A DNA stretch of 64,000 bases from Holophagales bacterium (GTDB lineage: Bacteria > Acidobacteriota > Thermoanaerobaculia > Multivoradales > Multivoraceae), in contig VXZQ01000014.1 in the NCBI GenBank assembly GCA_009845425.1, forward strand, positions 207,783 to 271,782, given 5' to 3'. Positions 28,777-37,343 of this stretch are shown one piece after another. Below the pieces are notes generated by a model that worked only from the letters and a program-made list of their open reading frames with translations, did no database searches and had not been told where the DNA came from. Each line of letters begins with the position of its first letter. Within the stretch, counting starts at the first letter, position 1. A program made the position numbers and the translations under genes.

Positions 28777-29778
28777 ATGCGAACACCGCTCCACATGGTG
28801 ACCGACAACCTGAGGCACCAGGCGAAGAACGCGCTCCTGGGCAGGCGCCGGTATCCGTTCGTGCTCATGCTCGAGCCGCTCTACACCTGCAACCTGGCCT
28901 GCCTGGGCTGCGCGGTGGAGAGGCACACGGGCAAGCTCAGGGACAGGCTGCCGGTTTCTGAGTGTCTCGACGCGGTGCGCGTGAGCGATGCTCCGGTCGT
29001 TTCGATCTGCGGCGGCGAGCCGACGATCTACCCCGAGCTCCCGGAGCTGATCTCCGGCATCATCGCCCGTCGGCGGCACATCTACCTCTGCACGAACGCC
29101 CTGCTCCTGGACACGAAGGTGTTCGATCGGGTGCCGCCGAACCGGCGGCTGACGCTGAACGTGCACCTCGACGGCATGCGCGAAACCCACGACTTCGTGT
29201 GCGCCCGCGAGGGCGTCTTCGACAAGGCGATCGAGATGATCCGCGCGGCGAAGGAGCGCGGCTACCACGTCACGACGAACACGACCGTGTTCAAGGAGAC
29301 GCGGATCGACGAGGTCGAGGAGCTGTGCCGGTTCCTGCGCGACCTCGACATCGACGGCATGCTGATCTCACCCGGCTACCAGTACGAGTCGGTGGACCGC
29401 GACATCTTTCTCACGCGCCAGGACACGGAGCGGAAGTTCCGGCGCATTCTCGAGATCGCGGACGAGTACAAGCTGACCTCGACCCCCATGTTCCTCGAGT
29501 TCGCGGCCGGGTTGAGGGACTACTCCTGCTCGCCGTGGAGCACCGTCACGAGAACGCCGCTCGGCTGGAAGGGGCCCTGCTACCTGATCGGCAAGGGCCA
29601 CTACGCGACCTACGAGGAGTTCTGGGAGCAGACGGACTGGGACTACTGGGAGTCGCGCCAGGATCCGCTGTGCACGAACTGCGCGATGCACTCGGGGTTC
29701 GAAGCGTCGGTGGTGCGCGAGGTCCGGAAGAGTCCGAAGGACGCGCTGCGCCTCGCCGCCTGGCACCTGTCGGGATGA
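28777..29778 (+). CDS. hpnH: Hopanoid biosynthesis radical SAM protein HpnH (adenosylhopane synthase)
   Basis: CNLACLGC radical-SAM CxxxCxxC. Highly conserved HpnH pattern. Immediately downstream of shc. Confidence 0.9.
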   Translation: MRTPLHMVTDNLRHQAKNALLGRRRYPFVLMLEPLYTCNLACLGCAVERHTGKLRDRLPVSECLDAVRVSDAPVVSICGGEPTIYPELPELISGIIARRRHIYLCTNALLLDTKVFDRVPPNRRLTLNVHLDGMRETHDFVCAREGVFDKAIEMIRAAKERGYHVTTNTTVFKETRIDEVEELCRFLRDLDIDGMLISPGYQYESVDRDIFLTRQDTERKFRRILEIADEYKLTSTPMFLEFAAGLRDYSCSPWSTVTRTPLGWKGPCYLIGKGHYATYEEFWEQTDWDYWESRQDPLCTNCAMHSGFEASVVREVRKSPKDALRLAAWHLSG

Positions 29779-29825
29779 TGGCCGCGGCGGCCCAGCCGTC
29801 GGGCCGGGCGGGCCGGCCCTGACGG

Positions 29826-30827
29826 GTGACGGTTCTCGTCACCGGCGGCACCGGGTTCGTCGGCGCGCACGTGGTTCGGGCGCTGCTCGCTCGCGGCGAG
29901 GACCGCGTGCGCTGCCTCGCGCGGCCGGGCGGAGACCGCTCCAACCTCGATGGTTGCGACGTGGAGATCGTCGAGGGCGACCTGCGGGATCCCGCGAGTC
30001 TCCGGGCAGCCTGCGCGGGTAGCGTCGAGGTCTACCACTGCGCCGCCGACTACCGGCTGTTCGTCCGCCGTCCGCGTGACATCTACGCCTCGAACGTCGA
30101 CGGCACCCGCCACCTGCTGGCCGCGGCGGCCGAGGCGGGAGCGAAGCGCATCGTCTACACGAGTTCGGTGGGCGCGCTCGGACTGGAACAGGGCGACCTT
30201 CCCGCGACCGAGACGACTCCCGTCAGCATCGCGGCGATGGTCGGGCACTACAAGCGCAGCAAGTACCTCGCCGAGCGCGCCGCCGTCGAGGCGGCCGCGG
30301 CCGGCGCTCCGGTCGTCATCGTGAATCCGTCGACACCGGTCGGTGAACTGGACGTCAAGCCGACGCCGACGGGCCGGATCATCGTCGACTTCCTGTCCCG
30401 GCGCATGCCGGCGTACGTCGACACCGGGCTCAACCTGATCGATGTGCGCGATGTCGCCCAAGGCCACCTGCTGGCCGCGGAGCACGGCCGCGTCGGCGAG
30501 AAGTACATTCTCGGGCACCGCAACGTCACCCTGGTCGAGATGCTGAGGATGCTGGCCGACATCACGGGGATGAAAGCGCCCCGCCTGCGGCTGCCGCACT
30601 GGCTGCCGGTCGGCGCCGCGGCTCTGGCGACCGGATGGGCGCGACTGGCCGGCGGCGAACCCCGCGTCCCGCTTGAGAGCGCGCGCATGGCGCGCCACAG
30701 GATGTTCTTCGATGCCGGCAAGGCGGTCAGGGAACTCGGCCTGGTCCAGAGTTCGGTCCGGGAGGCGCTCGGGCGCGCGGTGCGGTGGTTCGAGGAGAAC
30801 GGCTACGTGAATGGGCCGTGCCGGTGA
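29826..30827 (+). CDS. hpnA: Hopanoid-associated NAD-dependent epimerase/dehydratase (HpnA-like)
   Basis: VLVTGGTGFVGAHVV Rossmann motif. SDR-extended family. Position in the hpn cluster. Confidence 0.75.
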   Translation: MTVLVTGGTGFVGAHVVRALLARGEDRVRCLARPGGDRSNLDGCDVEIVEGDLRDPASLRAACAGSVEVYHCAADYRLFVRRPRDIYASNVDGTRHLLAAAAEAGAKRIVYTSSVGALGLEQGDLPATETTPVSIAAMVGHYKRSKYLAERAAVEAAAAGAPVVIVNPSTPVGELDVKPTPTGRIIVDFLSRRMPAYVDTGLNLIDVRDVAQGHLLAAEHGRVGEKYILGHRNVTLVEMLRMLADITGMKAPRLRLPHWLPVGAAALATGWARLAGGEPRVPLESARMARHRMFFDAGKAVRELGLVQSSVREALGRAVRWFEENGYVNGPCR

Positions 30828-31618
30828 CGACGGCGGGCGATACGGGGCGTCCCACACTGGGTGCGCCGGCGTCCCCGCCGGCCTCTGGAGGAGATACGGT
30901 CTACCTGGCCGCGATGAAGTCCGAGGCTTCGGCCCTGTTGCGCCGCGTGGAGGGCGCCTCGCGCGTCGGTGATGGCGCTGCCCCCGCTGCCGTCAGGGGC
31001 CGCATCGGGGACCGGCCCGTCCAGGTGGCCGTCTGCGGCGTCGGTGACCGGGCGGCGCGGCGGGCCGCCGAACGCTGCGCTCGCCTGGCCTCCCAAGGCG
31101 CCTGCGGCAGGGTGGTCTGGATCGGCATCGCCGGCGCCCTGTCGCAGGACCTCGAGGTGGGCGATCTGGTCGTCGGCCGGACCGTGATGGCTCCGGAGCA
31201 GCCGCCCATAGGCGTCGACGAGACCCTGGTCGAGGCGGCCGTGGCGCGAGGCTGCCGTCCGGGCGTTCTGGTCACCGCTTCCGGTCTGGTGGTCACCGCC
31301 TCGTCCCGCGAGGCGCTGTGGCGGAGCAGCGGCTCTCAGCCCCGGACCGTCGTCGACATGGAGACCTGGGCGGCGGCCCGGGTGCTCCACCGCGCCGGCG
31401 TTCCCTTCGTCGCGGTGCGCGCCATCAGCGACACGGCGGCGGATCGGCTTCCGTCGTGGCTCGAGCGCGCGTCGGCGTCCGGCGGCGGTTTCCCGCTGAG
31501 CCCGGTCGTTCGGGGAGCTCTGATACGTCCCTCGGCCCTTGTTCCGCTGGCGAAGATCCGCCTTCGGACGGCTCGCCTGGGCGTTCGGTTGGCCGAAGTG
31601 GCCGCGTCGCTGGCCTAG
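30824..31618 (+). CDS. hpnG: Hopanoid-associated phosphorylase HpnG (PNP/MTA nucleosidase family)
   Basis: TVYLAAMKSEA ... VRAISD motifs of the PNP/UDP family. GTGA overlap with the hpnA stop. Start ambiguous (30785/30818/30824). Confidence 0.7.
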   Translation: MTTAGDTGRPTLGAPASPPASGGDTVYLAAMKSEASALLRRVEGASRVGDGAAPAAVRGRIGDRPVQVAVCGVGDRAARRAAERCARLASQGACGRVVWIGIAGALSQDLEVGDLVVGRTVMAPEQPPIGVDETLVEAAVARGCRPGVLVTASGLVVTASSREALWRSSGSQPRTVVDMETWAAARVLHRAGVPFVAVRAISDTAADRLPSWLERASASGGGFPLSPVVRGALIRPSALVPLAKIRLRTARLGVRLAEVAASLA

Positions 31619-31691
31619 TCGACGTCGGACTCGGGGACGCGCGGTAAGGTACGCGCCCTCACCGACCACGCGACAGCACGGAGTCCCGTGA

Positions 31692-32594
31692 ATGCGTTTC
31701 AGCTACTGGCCCGCCCCCACGATGCCCTGGCCCGAGCTATTGGAGATGTCCCGGCACGTCGAGGCCACCGGCTGGGACGGCATCTGGTACGCCGACCACT
31801 TCATGCCGAACGGCGAGGACACCTCGGCGCCGTGGGCGGAGAGCTGGACCACGATCGCGGCTCTTGCGGCGGCCGTGCCGCGCGTGCGTCTCGGTCCGCT
31901 GGTCACCGGCAACACCTACCGGCATCCGGCGGTACTGGCGAAGATGGCGGCGACGATCGACCACATCTCGGGTGGCCGCGTGGTGCTGGGCCTCGGCGCC
32001 GGCTGGCAGGAGAACGAGCACCTGGCCTACGGCATCCCGTTCTACACGATGGGCGAGCGGCTCCGCCGCCTGGACGAGGCGTGCCGGGTGATCAAGGCGC
32101 TGTACGGCCAGCAGGGCGCGAGCTTCGTTGGCGATGCCTACCAGTTGGTCGACGCGCCGCTCGAGCCCAAGCCGGTCCAGGACCCGCTGCCGCTGATGAT
32201 CGGCGGCGGCGGCGAGAAGGTGACCCTGCGGATCACCGCCCAGCACGCTGACGAGTGGAACGTCTGGGGAACGGCGGACATTCTCAAGCACAAGATGGCG
32301 GTGCTCGACGCCCACTGCGAGAACGTGGGACGGGACCCGGCGGAGGTCGAGCGGTCGGCGGTGGCGCTGCTCTTCCTGAGCGACGACGAGGCGTTCCTGG
32401 CCAAGGTGCGGGCACGCGGGACGGGAATGCCGTCGAACATCGGTGGCGTCTCGGAGATCGCCGACGCGGTCGGCGCCTACCGCGACGCAGGAGTGCACGA
32501 GTTCATCGTGCCGGCGTTCAACCTGGGCGGCATGGATCGTCAGAAAGAGGTCCTCGACCGGTTCATCGAGGAGGTCGCGCCGGCATTCCGCTAG
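31692..32594 (+). CDS. LLM-class (luciferase-like) F420-dependent oxidoreductase
   Basis: Luciferase-like monooxygenase pattern (WYADHF ... GGRVVLGLGAGW). Confidence 0.75.
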   Translation: MRFSYWPAPTMPWPELLEMSRHVEATGWDGIWYADHFMPNGEDTSAPWAESWTTIAALAAAVPRVRLGPLVTGNTYRHPAVLAKMAATIDHISGGRVVLGLGAGWQENEHLAYGIPFYTMGERLRRLDEACRVIKALYGQQGASFVGDAYQLVDAPLEPKPVQDPLPLMIGGGGEKVTLRITAQHADEWNVWGTADILKHKMAVLDAHCENVGRDPAEVERSAVALLFLSDDEAFLAKVRARGTGMPSNIGGVSEIADAVGAYRDAGVHEFIVPAFNLGGMDRQKEVLDRFIEEVAPAFR

Positions 32595-32625
32595 CTGACC
32601 GCGCCAGCGTCTAGAATCCACAGCT

Positions 32626-34053
32626 ATGGGGTCACGCCCTTCCGACCTCCGGATGTCGCAGGAAGCCATGCTGGCTCTGGCCGAAAAGGCGGCGGAGCTC
32701 GCGGTGGCCCGGATCGAGAGCCTGCCCGGTGAGAGCGCCTGGGACGGGGAGTTCAAGGAAGGCCTCGAGCGACTGCTGCTCGAGAATCCGCCGGAGGAGG
32801 GCCGCCCGGCTGAGGAGGTTCTGCAGCGGGCCGTGGAGGACATCCTCCCGATGACGACCCGGCTGGACCACCCCCGCTGCTTCGGGTTCATTCCGTCGGA
32901 ACCGACGTGGCCCGGTGTGGTCGCGGACTTCCTGGCCTCCGCCTGGAACGTGAACGCCTGCACCTGGCTGGTTGCCAGCGGCCCTAGCCAGGTCGAACTC
33001 CTCGTCCTGGACTGGTTTCGGCGCTGGCTCGGCTATCCGGACGGTTCGGGCGGGTTGCTGACGAGCGGCGGTTCCGCCGCTTGCGTCGACGCTCTCGTGG
33101 CGGCCCGGGAAGCGGCCGGCGATCCCGAGCGCCCGACGGTGTACATGAGCGACCAGAGCCACAGCGTCCAGGGGCGTGCCGCGATGGTGGTCGGCGTCAG
33201 GCGTGAGGCCATTCGGCTGATCCCGACGGACGGGGACTTCCGCCTGGACATGGCGGCTCTCGCGCGTGCCGTTGCGGAGGACCGTGCCGCGAGCCTCGTG
33301 CCCATGGCAATCTGCGCGAATGCCGGTGCGCCGAGCACGGGAGCCATCGATCCCCTGCACGCCATGGCGGACTTCTGCCAGGCGGAGGGCATCTGGCTCC
33401 ACGTGGATGCCGCCTACGGCGGCTTCGCCGCGATCACGGAGAACGGCGGCGAGCTCCTCAGTGGAATCGAGCGAGCCGACTCGATCGGACTGGATCCGCA
33501 CAAGTGGTTGTTTCAACCGTACGAGGTGGGCTGCCTGCTGGTGAAGGACAGCCGCACGCTTGAGGGTCCTTTCGCCATGAGCGCGACGGTTCTTCAGGAC
33601 ACGGTCTGGGGAGCGAACCATCCGAACCTGGACGACCGCGGCCTTCAACTGAGCCGGTCGTTCCGTGCCCTGAAGATCTGGATGTCGATTCAGACCTTCG
33701 GCATGTCCGCGTTCAGACGGGCCGTCGCGAACGGGATGGAACTTGCGAAGCGAGCCGAGGAGTACGTTCGTGAGAGTCGGACCCTGGAACTGCTGACGCC
33801 GTCGTCGCTTGGCATCGTCTGCATGCGCGTCAACCCTCAAGGCGCCGATCTGAAGGCCGACACGCTCGAGGACGTCAATCGGGAGGTTCTCGCCCGTCTG
33901 TTCTGGGATGACCGCGCGTTCGTTTCGTCTACTTCGCTCCACGGGAGCCTCTCGCTGCGGCTCTGCATCATCAACCACTCGACGAGTTGGGACGACGTGC
34001 GGGAGACGCTGGAGGCGATGGAGCGGTTTGGCGCCGAGGCGCTCGCGGCCTGA
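32626..34053 (+). CDS. PLP-dependent group II decarboxylase (aromatic amino acid / diaminobutyrate decarboxylase family)
   Basis: PLP-lysine motif SIGLDPHKWL and the fold-type I decarboxylase pattern. Confidence 0.8.
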   Translation: MGSRPSDLRMSQEAMLALAEKAAELAVARIESLPGESAWDGEFKEGLERLLLENPPEEGRPAEEVLQRAVEDILPMTTRLDHPRCFGFIPSEPTWPGVVADFLASAWNVNACTWLVASGPSQVELLVLDWFRRWLGYPDGSGGLLTSGGSAACVDALVAAREAAGDPERPTVYMSDQSHSVQGRAAMVVGVRREAIRLIPTDGDFRLDMAALARAVAEDRAASLVPMAICANAGAPSTGAIDPLHAMADFCQAEGIWLHVDAAYGGFAAITENGGELLSGIERADSIGLDPHKWLFQPYEVGCLLVKDSRTLEGPFAMSATVLQDTVWGANHPNLDDRGLQLSRSFRALKIWMSIQTFGMSAFRRAVANGMELAKRAEEYVRESRTLELLTPSSLGIVCMRVNPQGADLKADTLEDVNREVLARLFWDDRAFVSSTSLHGSLSLRLCIINHSTSWDDVRETLEAMERFGAEALAA

Positions 34054-34062
34054 CGACCCGGC

Positions 34063-36549
34063 CTACGGGTAGTACCCCGACATCGTCCGGACTTCCGCGT
34101 CGCGGGCGTCGACGTCGACTCGCACCACCCGGAATTCGCTCTCGGACCTGGTGCTGGTCGACTGGTAGGTGAGCAGGTAGCGGTTCCGCAGTTCCCGCTC
34201 GATCCGCGCATAGATCGCGTCGAGCTGGCTGACGCCGTCGATGAAGAAGGCCTGGCCGCCCGTCTCCCCGGCGATGCGTTCGAGCACACGGCGCGTCGTT
34301 CGGTCCGCGGCCGCTTCCCGGAGGCCGATGGCGTAGATCGTCACTCCTGAACGTTGCGCGGCCTCGAGCGCGCTCTCGAACGTGAACGAGCTGTTCTCGT
34401 CCTTGCCGTCGGACAGGAGGAGCAGTGCCTTCTGGCCGCTGATGCCGTCGAAGTAGCTGAGAGCGAAGACGAGGCTGTCGTAGAGCGATGTCGTTCCGGT
34501 CGCCCTGAGGCCCGCCAGCGCACGCGCGAGCTGGCCCCTGTCCTTCGTGAACCGGCTCTCGACCCGCGCCCGGTTGGCGAAGGCGAGGACCGCCATCCGG
34601 TCCCTGGGTTCGAGCGTGTTGTCGACGAAGCGCTGGGCGGCGGCTCGCACTTGCCCGATCGAGTCCTGCATCGAAGCGGACGTGTCGAGCAGGAGGCCGG
34701 CGTGGAAAGGCGTGTCGTCGACCCACTCGAAGCGGCGAACCGTCTGCTCAACGCCGTCTTCGGTGATTCGGAAGCGATCCTGCGCCAGCTCCGGAATCGG
34801 GCGCCCGCGTTCGTCGACGACGCTGGCGAAGAGCTCGATGTACTGCACATCGATTCGCTCGATCGGATTCGGGCTGTTGATGAAGACCACGTCCTCCGTG
34901 CTGCTGCCGTCGGCCAGAAACGCGGCTGCGCGGAGATAGGTCAGGTTCGGACCGTCGAGCACGACCGGCTGGACCCATGGGGGCTGGTAGAGCGTCGCGA
35001 TCCGTTCCTCCCCCAGGAACAGCTCGAGGCGCTCGATCTCCTCGCCGGCCGGTACGGCGATCTCGAGGGCCGCGCGCGTGCTCTGCAGGTACTGCTCGCC
35101 GGAACGCGGTTCGATGAACCGGGCGCGGAAGCGCTGGCCGCCGCGGTTGACCGACATCTCGTCCGACGCGACGACCTTGCCGTCCTTGAGGCCTTCCACT
35201 CGAATCCGGTGCTCGGTCGGGTGCGAGCCCAGGTTCAGCTCAACGCCGTACGGCGGCCGGCGCTTGCGCAGGATCTCGCGGCCGTCGAGCGAGAAGGCGA
35301 CGGCATCGAAGTCGCCGATCGCATGGGTGGAGAAGCGCACCATGCCGACCCGCAGGCGCTCATCCCGCGGCGGCACGAGACGGAGCAGGCGTTCGCCGCG
35401 GGCCGCCGCCTGGTTGGCTTCAGCGAGGGCCGGGAAGGTCTCCAGGATGGTCTTCCGCAGCGATTGCGCCTCCTCGAGGTTCGGAACGTCGATCGTCTCG
35501 TTGATCACGGCGAACTGCTGGCCGAAGACATCCTCGATCTTGAGCCGGATCTGGACTTCTCCGGGCCGCAGGTAGCGCGTGAAGACGAGCGGGATCGGGT
35601 CCTCGGCGCTGCCGCTTGCGGGAAGCTCGAAGCGGTAGCGGAACGTCTCGAACAGATGGTCGTCGCGGATGACTTCGCCGGTCATGTGGAAGCTGTGGTA
35701 CTCGCGCTCCTGGAAGATCCTGCGGCCGGCGCTCGGCCCCGGCACCATCACGAGGCCGTGGGTGACGGTGCGCGTCTGGTTGCGGCCCGGATAGTCCCAT
35801 TCGAGGTCGATGTCGAACCGTGGGGCGCCCTCCGGGACCTCCGTGTTGAAGGCGGCGAAGGTCGCGAGCCACTCATCGGGCGGCTCGGGAGGGCCGGACA
35901 CCTCTTCGATGACGCCGTTGCTCGCCAGGTCGCGCTGGACTGCCTGTGCGGCCCATCCGAACCACTCGTCCGCGCAGAGGACGGTGATGTTCGTGGTGGG
36001 CAGGCCGCGACGGGACGTCGGGCGGCGCACGGGGCTCTCGTGCCAGAAGACGTAGGGCTTGTTGCGGCTCGTGGCCAGGAAGATGACGACGAAGTGGCGG
36101 GAGGTCCGGTCGCTGCCGCCGTAGAACCAGATCTCGAGTTCGCTGGTCCGGGAGAGGCAGTAGGCAGCGGTCCGACCGTCAGGGAGGATGAAACGCCCCG
36201 GCGGTCCGTTCAGCAGGTAGAACAGGGCGCGTGCATCCTCCAGCGTGCCCCATTGCGTGAGAGCGGCGTCGACCCGGTCTTCCCAGAGGACCTGGAGTTC
36301 GTTGAGCGGTGTTCTCGGATCCGGGTCGCGGGCCTTCCAGAAGGCCTGGATGAACGCCTCGCGCCGGTAGTCCTCCGGCAGGTTGACGAAGAACTCGCGC
36401 TCCTCGTCGCTGATCAGCGGGCCGACCCGCTCCAGCCAGCGGACGAAGCGGGAATCCAGCGGCCGCGGACTCGCGGTGTCCTGCGCGGCGGCTGCTGCGA
36501 CCAGCAGCGACGCGGCGACGGCGGATGCGATCCTGGTTCGGGCGGTCAT
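34063..36549 (-). CDS. Secreted large protein with N-terminal VWFA-related Acidobacterial-type domain and C-terminal von Willebrand factor A domain
   Basis: Signal peptide at MTARTRIASAV (start 36549). C-terminal VWA (MIDAS-like DTSASM ... LLLSDGKDENS). The Arg-rich 270-aa N-extension in the ORF track is rejected. Confidence 0.75.
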   Translation of the reverse strand: MTARTRIASAVAASLLVAAAAAQDTASPRPLDSRFVRWLERVGPLISDEEREFFVNLPEDYRREAFIQAFWKARDPDPRTPLNELQVLWEDRVDAALTQWGTLEDARALFYLLNGPPGRFILPDGRTAAYCLSRTSELEIWFYGGSDRTSRHFVVIFLATSRNKPYVFWHESPVRRPTSRRGLPTTNITVLCADEWFGWAAQAVQRDLASNGVIEEVSGPPEPPDEWLATFAAFNTEVPEGAPRFDIDLEWDYPGRNQTRTVTHGLVMVPGPSAGRRIFQEREYHSFHMTGEVIRDDHLFETFRYRFELPASGSAEDPIPLVFTRYLRPGEVQIRLKIEDVFGQQFAVINETIDVPNLEEAQSLRKTILETFPALAEANQAAARGERLLRLVPPRDERLRVGMVRFSTHAIGDFDAVAFSLDGREILRKRRPPYGVELNLGSHPTEHRIRVEGLKDGKVVASDEMSVNRGGQRFRARFIEPRSGEQYLQSTRAALEIAVPAGEEIERLELFLGEERIATLYQPPWVQPVVLDGPNLTYLRAAAFLADGSSTEDVVFINSPNPIERIDVQYIELFASVVDERGRPIPELAQDRFRITEDGVEQTVRRFEWVDDTPFHAGLLLDTSASMQDSIGQVRAAAQRFVDNTLEPRDRMAVLAFANRARVESRFTKDRGQLARALAGLRATGTTSLYDSLVFALSYFDGISGQKALLLLSDGKDENSSFTFESALEAAQRSGVTIYAIGLREAAADRTTRRVLERIAGETGGQAFFIDGVSQLDAIYARIERELRNRYLLTYQSTSTRSESEFRVVRVDVDARDAEVRTMSGYYP

Positions 36550-36599
36550 CTGAGGGCTCGTCGTCCGATTCTGCAACGAATCGGTTCCTCGGCAGATTC

Positions 36600-37343
36600 C
36601 TAGTGGCCTGAGCGGCCGCGTTTGCGCACCTGTCGCGCGACGGAAACCAGCACCATCAGCCCGAGGACGCCAGCCACGAGGCCGAGATCCTGGGTCAGCC
36701 ACGCTTTCGGGCCGAGGCCGCCGACGACGACCTGATCGACCATCCGCAGGACCAGGAACATCGAGGCGATGAGCAGCGGGGAGTTGTACTCCCGGAGGGC
36801 GACCGTCCGCCAACTGAAAGGGATCTCCGGCGCCAGCCACAATCGGGGCCGGGGCCAGAAGGTCGGCGTTCGCTCCGACCAGCGGCGGTGGGTCGCGCCG
36901 AAGCGCTCGCCGAGGAAACGCTCTTCGGCGGCGATTACCCGTTGGTAGAGCAGCCAGTAGGCGAGCAGTGCCATGACCACGAACCACCAGGACTTCAGGG
37001 CGAGCGCGAAGCCCATCAGCACGAAGAGGTTGCCGAGATAGACCGGGTGCCGGCAGAGCGAGTACATGCCGGTCACGTTCAGGCGGCTGGCGCTCGGCGC
37101 CCTGCGGCTTCGAGTGGAAGCGCCCGGAGGCGCGGAACCCAGTGCCGCCCACCGCACACCGAGTCCGAGCAGGGACACCGCGAGGCAAAGCGCGAGCCAG
37201 CCGAGTCCCGGGTCCGCAGGCAGTACCGCCGACCGTCGCTCGAGCACCGCCAGCGCCGCGGCGGGCAGCAGGCACACGACGAACAGGCTGCGGTGCCGGA
37301 ACAGGAAGAGGCCCTGGTCGGCAAGCCGCCGGCTGTCGTTCAT
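36600..37343 (-). CDS. Isoprenylcysteine carboxyl methyltransferase (ICMT) / phospholipid methyltransferase family membrane protein
   Basis: TGMYSLCRHPVYLGNLFVLMGFAL family signature. Start at MNDSRR (37343). ATGA overlap with the upstream glycosyltransferase. Confidence 0.75.
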   Translation of the reverse strand: MNDSRRLADQGLFLFRHRSLFVVCLLPAAALAVLERRSAVLPADPGLGWLALCLAVSLLGLGVRWAALGSAPPGASTRSRRAPSASRLNVTGMYSLCRHPVYLGNLFVLMGFALALKSWWFVVMALLAYWLLYQRVIAAEERFLGERFGATHRRWSERTPTFWPRPRLWLAPEIPFSWRTVALREYNSPLLIASMFLVLRMVDQVVVGGLGPKAWLTQDLGLVAGVLGLMVLVSVARQVRKRGRSGH

